Shown: positions 62,829 through 64,000 of the stretch, in pieces
Layout of the letters: every line of letters begins with the position of its first letter
Numbering within the stretch: position 1 is the stretch's first letter
NCBI GenBank assembly: GCA_013376995.1
Contig: JACAAZ010000007.1
Coordinates: 135,373 to 199,372, forward strand
Source of the DNA: Bacteroidota bacterium
Lineage (GTDB): Bacteria > Bacteroidota > Bacteroidia > Bacteroidales > UBA4417
Direction: 5' to 3'
Length of the DNA stretch: 64,000 nt
Program-made: the position numbers and the translations under genes
Notes under the pieces: model-generated
Seen by the model: only the letters and a program-made list of their open reading frames with translations
What the model was told of the DNA's origin: nothing
Database searches by the model: none

Positions 62829-63656
62829 TTATTCTTTTAACATCCATACTTCCTGTGAAATGAAGTTGATCATGAAGACATACCTGCAGATGAGATCATA
62901 GTTTAGTGCTCCATCATAGATCAGGTCATTGGCTGCTGCCTGCACATTGAGATCTTCGTTCCCGATATGAAACGGTATGGTGGAAAGTCTGTTGCGGAGG
63001 CTGTCCACCCCGGATTCCAGTTTCCATTCACGTGCTGTTGAATGCGAAAGCAGTAAATCGTCCAGGTTCCCGCTATCAAAGAGAAACCAATATGCATGAT
63101 GTTGCCTGGGTATACTGATCAGTACATCCAATTCATTTGCCGTAATGCCACTAGCAAAACGGCTTCTCAGCAGTGTTTGGTTCATTTGCTTTTTGCGATA
63201 GGATAAGGGCGTCTCAACGATGAGCCGGCTATGTGACAAATCAATGGTAAGGATCTTGTTCCGGAAAGAGTTAAGCGAGATAATACCGTATAATTCAGGT
63301 ACATCCGTAGGCAGCACGCTCATGATATCCCAAACGCAGGCATCCTGGTTAAAAAGCAGGGTATGGCCCAATTGCAGGGTAATGCTGTCAGTCTTTTGGA
63401 AGCGTATTTTTTCGCCTGACATCCGGTAGCCGGTGCCATCTCCGAATATCTCCCTCCCGGAATTCCTTATGAGTGATGGGGCGATAAAAGTTGCTCCACC
63501 GCCTGAATCGAAGAGAAAATTGTATTTCTTGCCGTCGATTGTTACTTCAACAGTTTTAAGGTTGCCAAGGTATTTAGAAAGTGCAATTGTATCCTGCGAA
63601 TATCCGTGGAGGCAGATGAATAACAGCAATGCAGGAATGCTGATAATTAATTTCAT
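62829..63656 (-). CDS. secreted retropepsin-like aspartic protease with two DSG motifs (pseudo-dimeric)
   Basis: It has a signal peptide and two motifs, NFLFDSGGGATFIAP and WFLFDSGNLDDLLLS, about 145 aa apart. Confidence 0.65.
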   Translation of the reverse strand: MKLIISIPALLLFICLHGYSQDTIALSKYLGNLKTVEVTIDGKKYNFLFDSGGGATFIAPSLIRNSGREIFGDGTGYRMSGEKIRFQKTDSITLQLGHTLLFNQDACVWDIMSVLPTDVPELYGIISLNSFRNKILTIDLSHSRLIVETPLSYRKKQMNQTLLRSRFASGITANELDVLISIPRQHHAYWFLFDSGNLDDLLLSHSTAREWKLESGVDSLRNRLSTIPFHIGNEDLNVQAAANDLIYDGALNYDLICRYVFMINFISQEVWMLKE

Positions 63657-64000
63657 GCGAATTTTATTTAGAATTGATTATAGCAGGTTAAAAGAACGGA
63701 GATAAAAATAATTAACTTTTTAAGGAGCATATGGAATATTAAACATCCTTATTCAAATTAGAGTCTTTTGAAAGTGCGTACTGAAATGATGGCTGAAATT
63801 TCTTCGGAAAATTTATCGTATGTCAGATCCCTGGAATAAATAGAAATTAATTCCTGTATTTGATTCATTTCAAATGCTCTGCCATAAATACCCTTAACGG
63901 ATACGGGATATCCTTTTCATGTTTTATCTGGTGGTTTCGCGTATAAACGATGAATTCCAACTGTTGTTTTTCCATTATTTTGGCCAGTATGAGCGCATGG

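Noticed and set aside
1-64000. Looked for defence islands, prophage, integrases, tRNA/rRNA genes and CRISPR arrays
   Set aside because: None was recognised by eye. Apart from the RAYT unit, gene content is core metabolism and envelope. A tRNA scan (tRNAscan-SE/Aragorn) would be needed to formally exclude small RNA genes.

Overview
This 64-kb window looks like a chromosomal segment of a Bacteroidota genome. Supporting evidence is a T9SS C-terminal sorting domain cargo, a PorW/SprE-like TPR lipoprotein, TAnnTTTG -7 boxes, no Shine-Dalgarno sequences and G-poor A/C-rich leaders. All function calls come from motif recognition by eye in the supplied ORF translations; no homology search was run. 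Most of the window is housekeeping: a complete 14-gene NADH:quinone oxidoreductase operon (nuoA-N, minus strand, 25.3-38.9 kb), LPS/lipid A and nucleotide-sugar genes (waaA, DegT-type aminotransferase, hexapeptide acetyltransferase, galE, rfbB, lpxL-like), and fabD, folE, dxr, rseP, pepA and an MqnC-like radical SAM gene. There is also a 1475-aa multi-PAS histidine kinase and a TonB-dependent receptor. Three things stand out. (1) A compact same-strand five-gene cluster at 4.2-12.8 kb encodes a polytopic membrane protein with two H-x13-H pairs, a membrane-anchored FeS/FAD NAD(P)H-type oxidoreductase, a 23-CxxCH cytochrome, a 37-CxxCH cytochrome built from two tandem 12-haem super-repeats, and an outer-membrane beta-barrel. 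I read this as a candidate, apparently undescribed, NAD(P)H-fed porin-cytochrome-like electron conduit in a Bacteroidota background. (2) At least seven intergenic regions form a family of mosaic spacers built from phased 7-nt (and one 11-nt) tandem 'words' shared between loci. A 16-bp inverted repeat, TCCGTCRGCTGACGGA, is present at three of them. Two spacers split the nuo operon, and two with the same 11-mer array bracket dxr. (3) An IS200/RAYT-like HUH transposase gene is flanked by 46-47-nt REP-like palindromes. I saw no rRNA, tRNA or CRISPR array.
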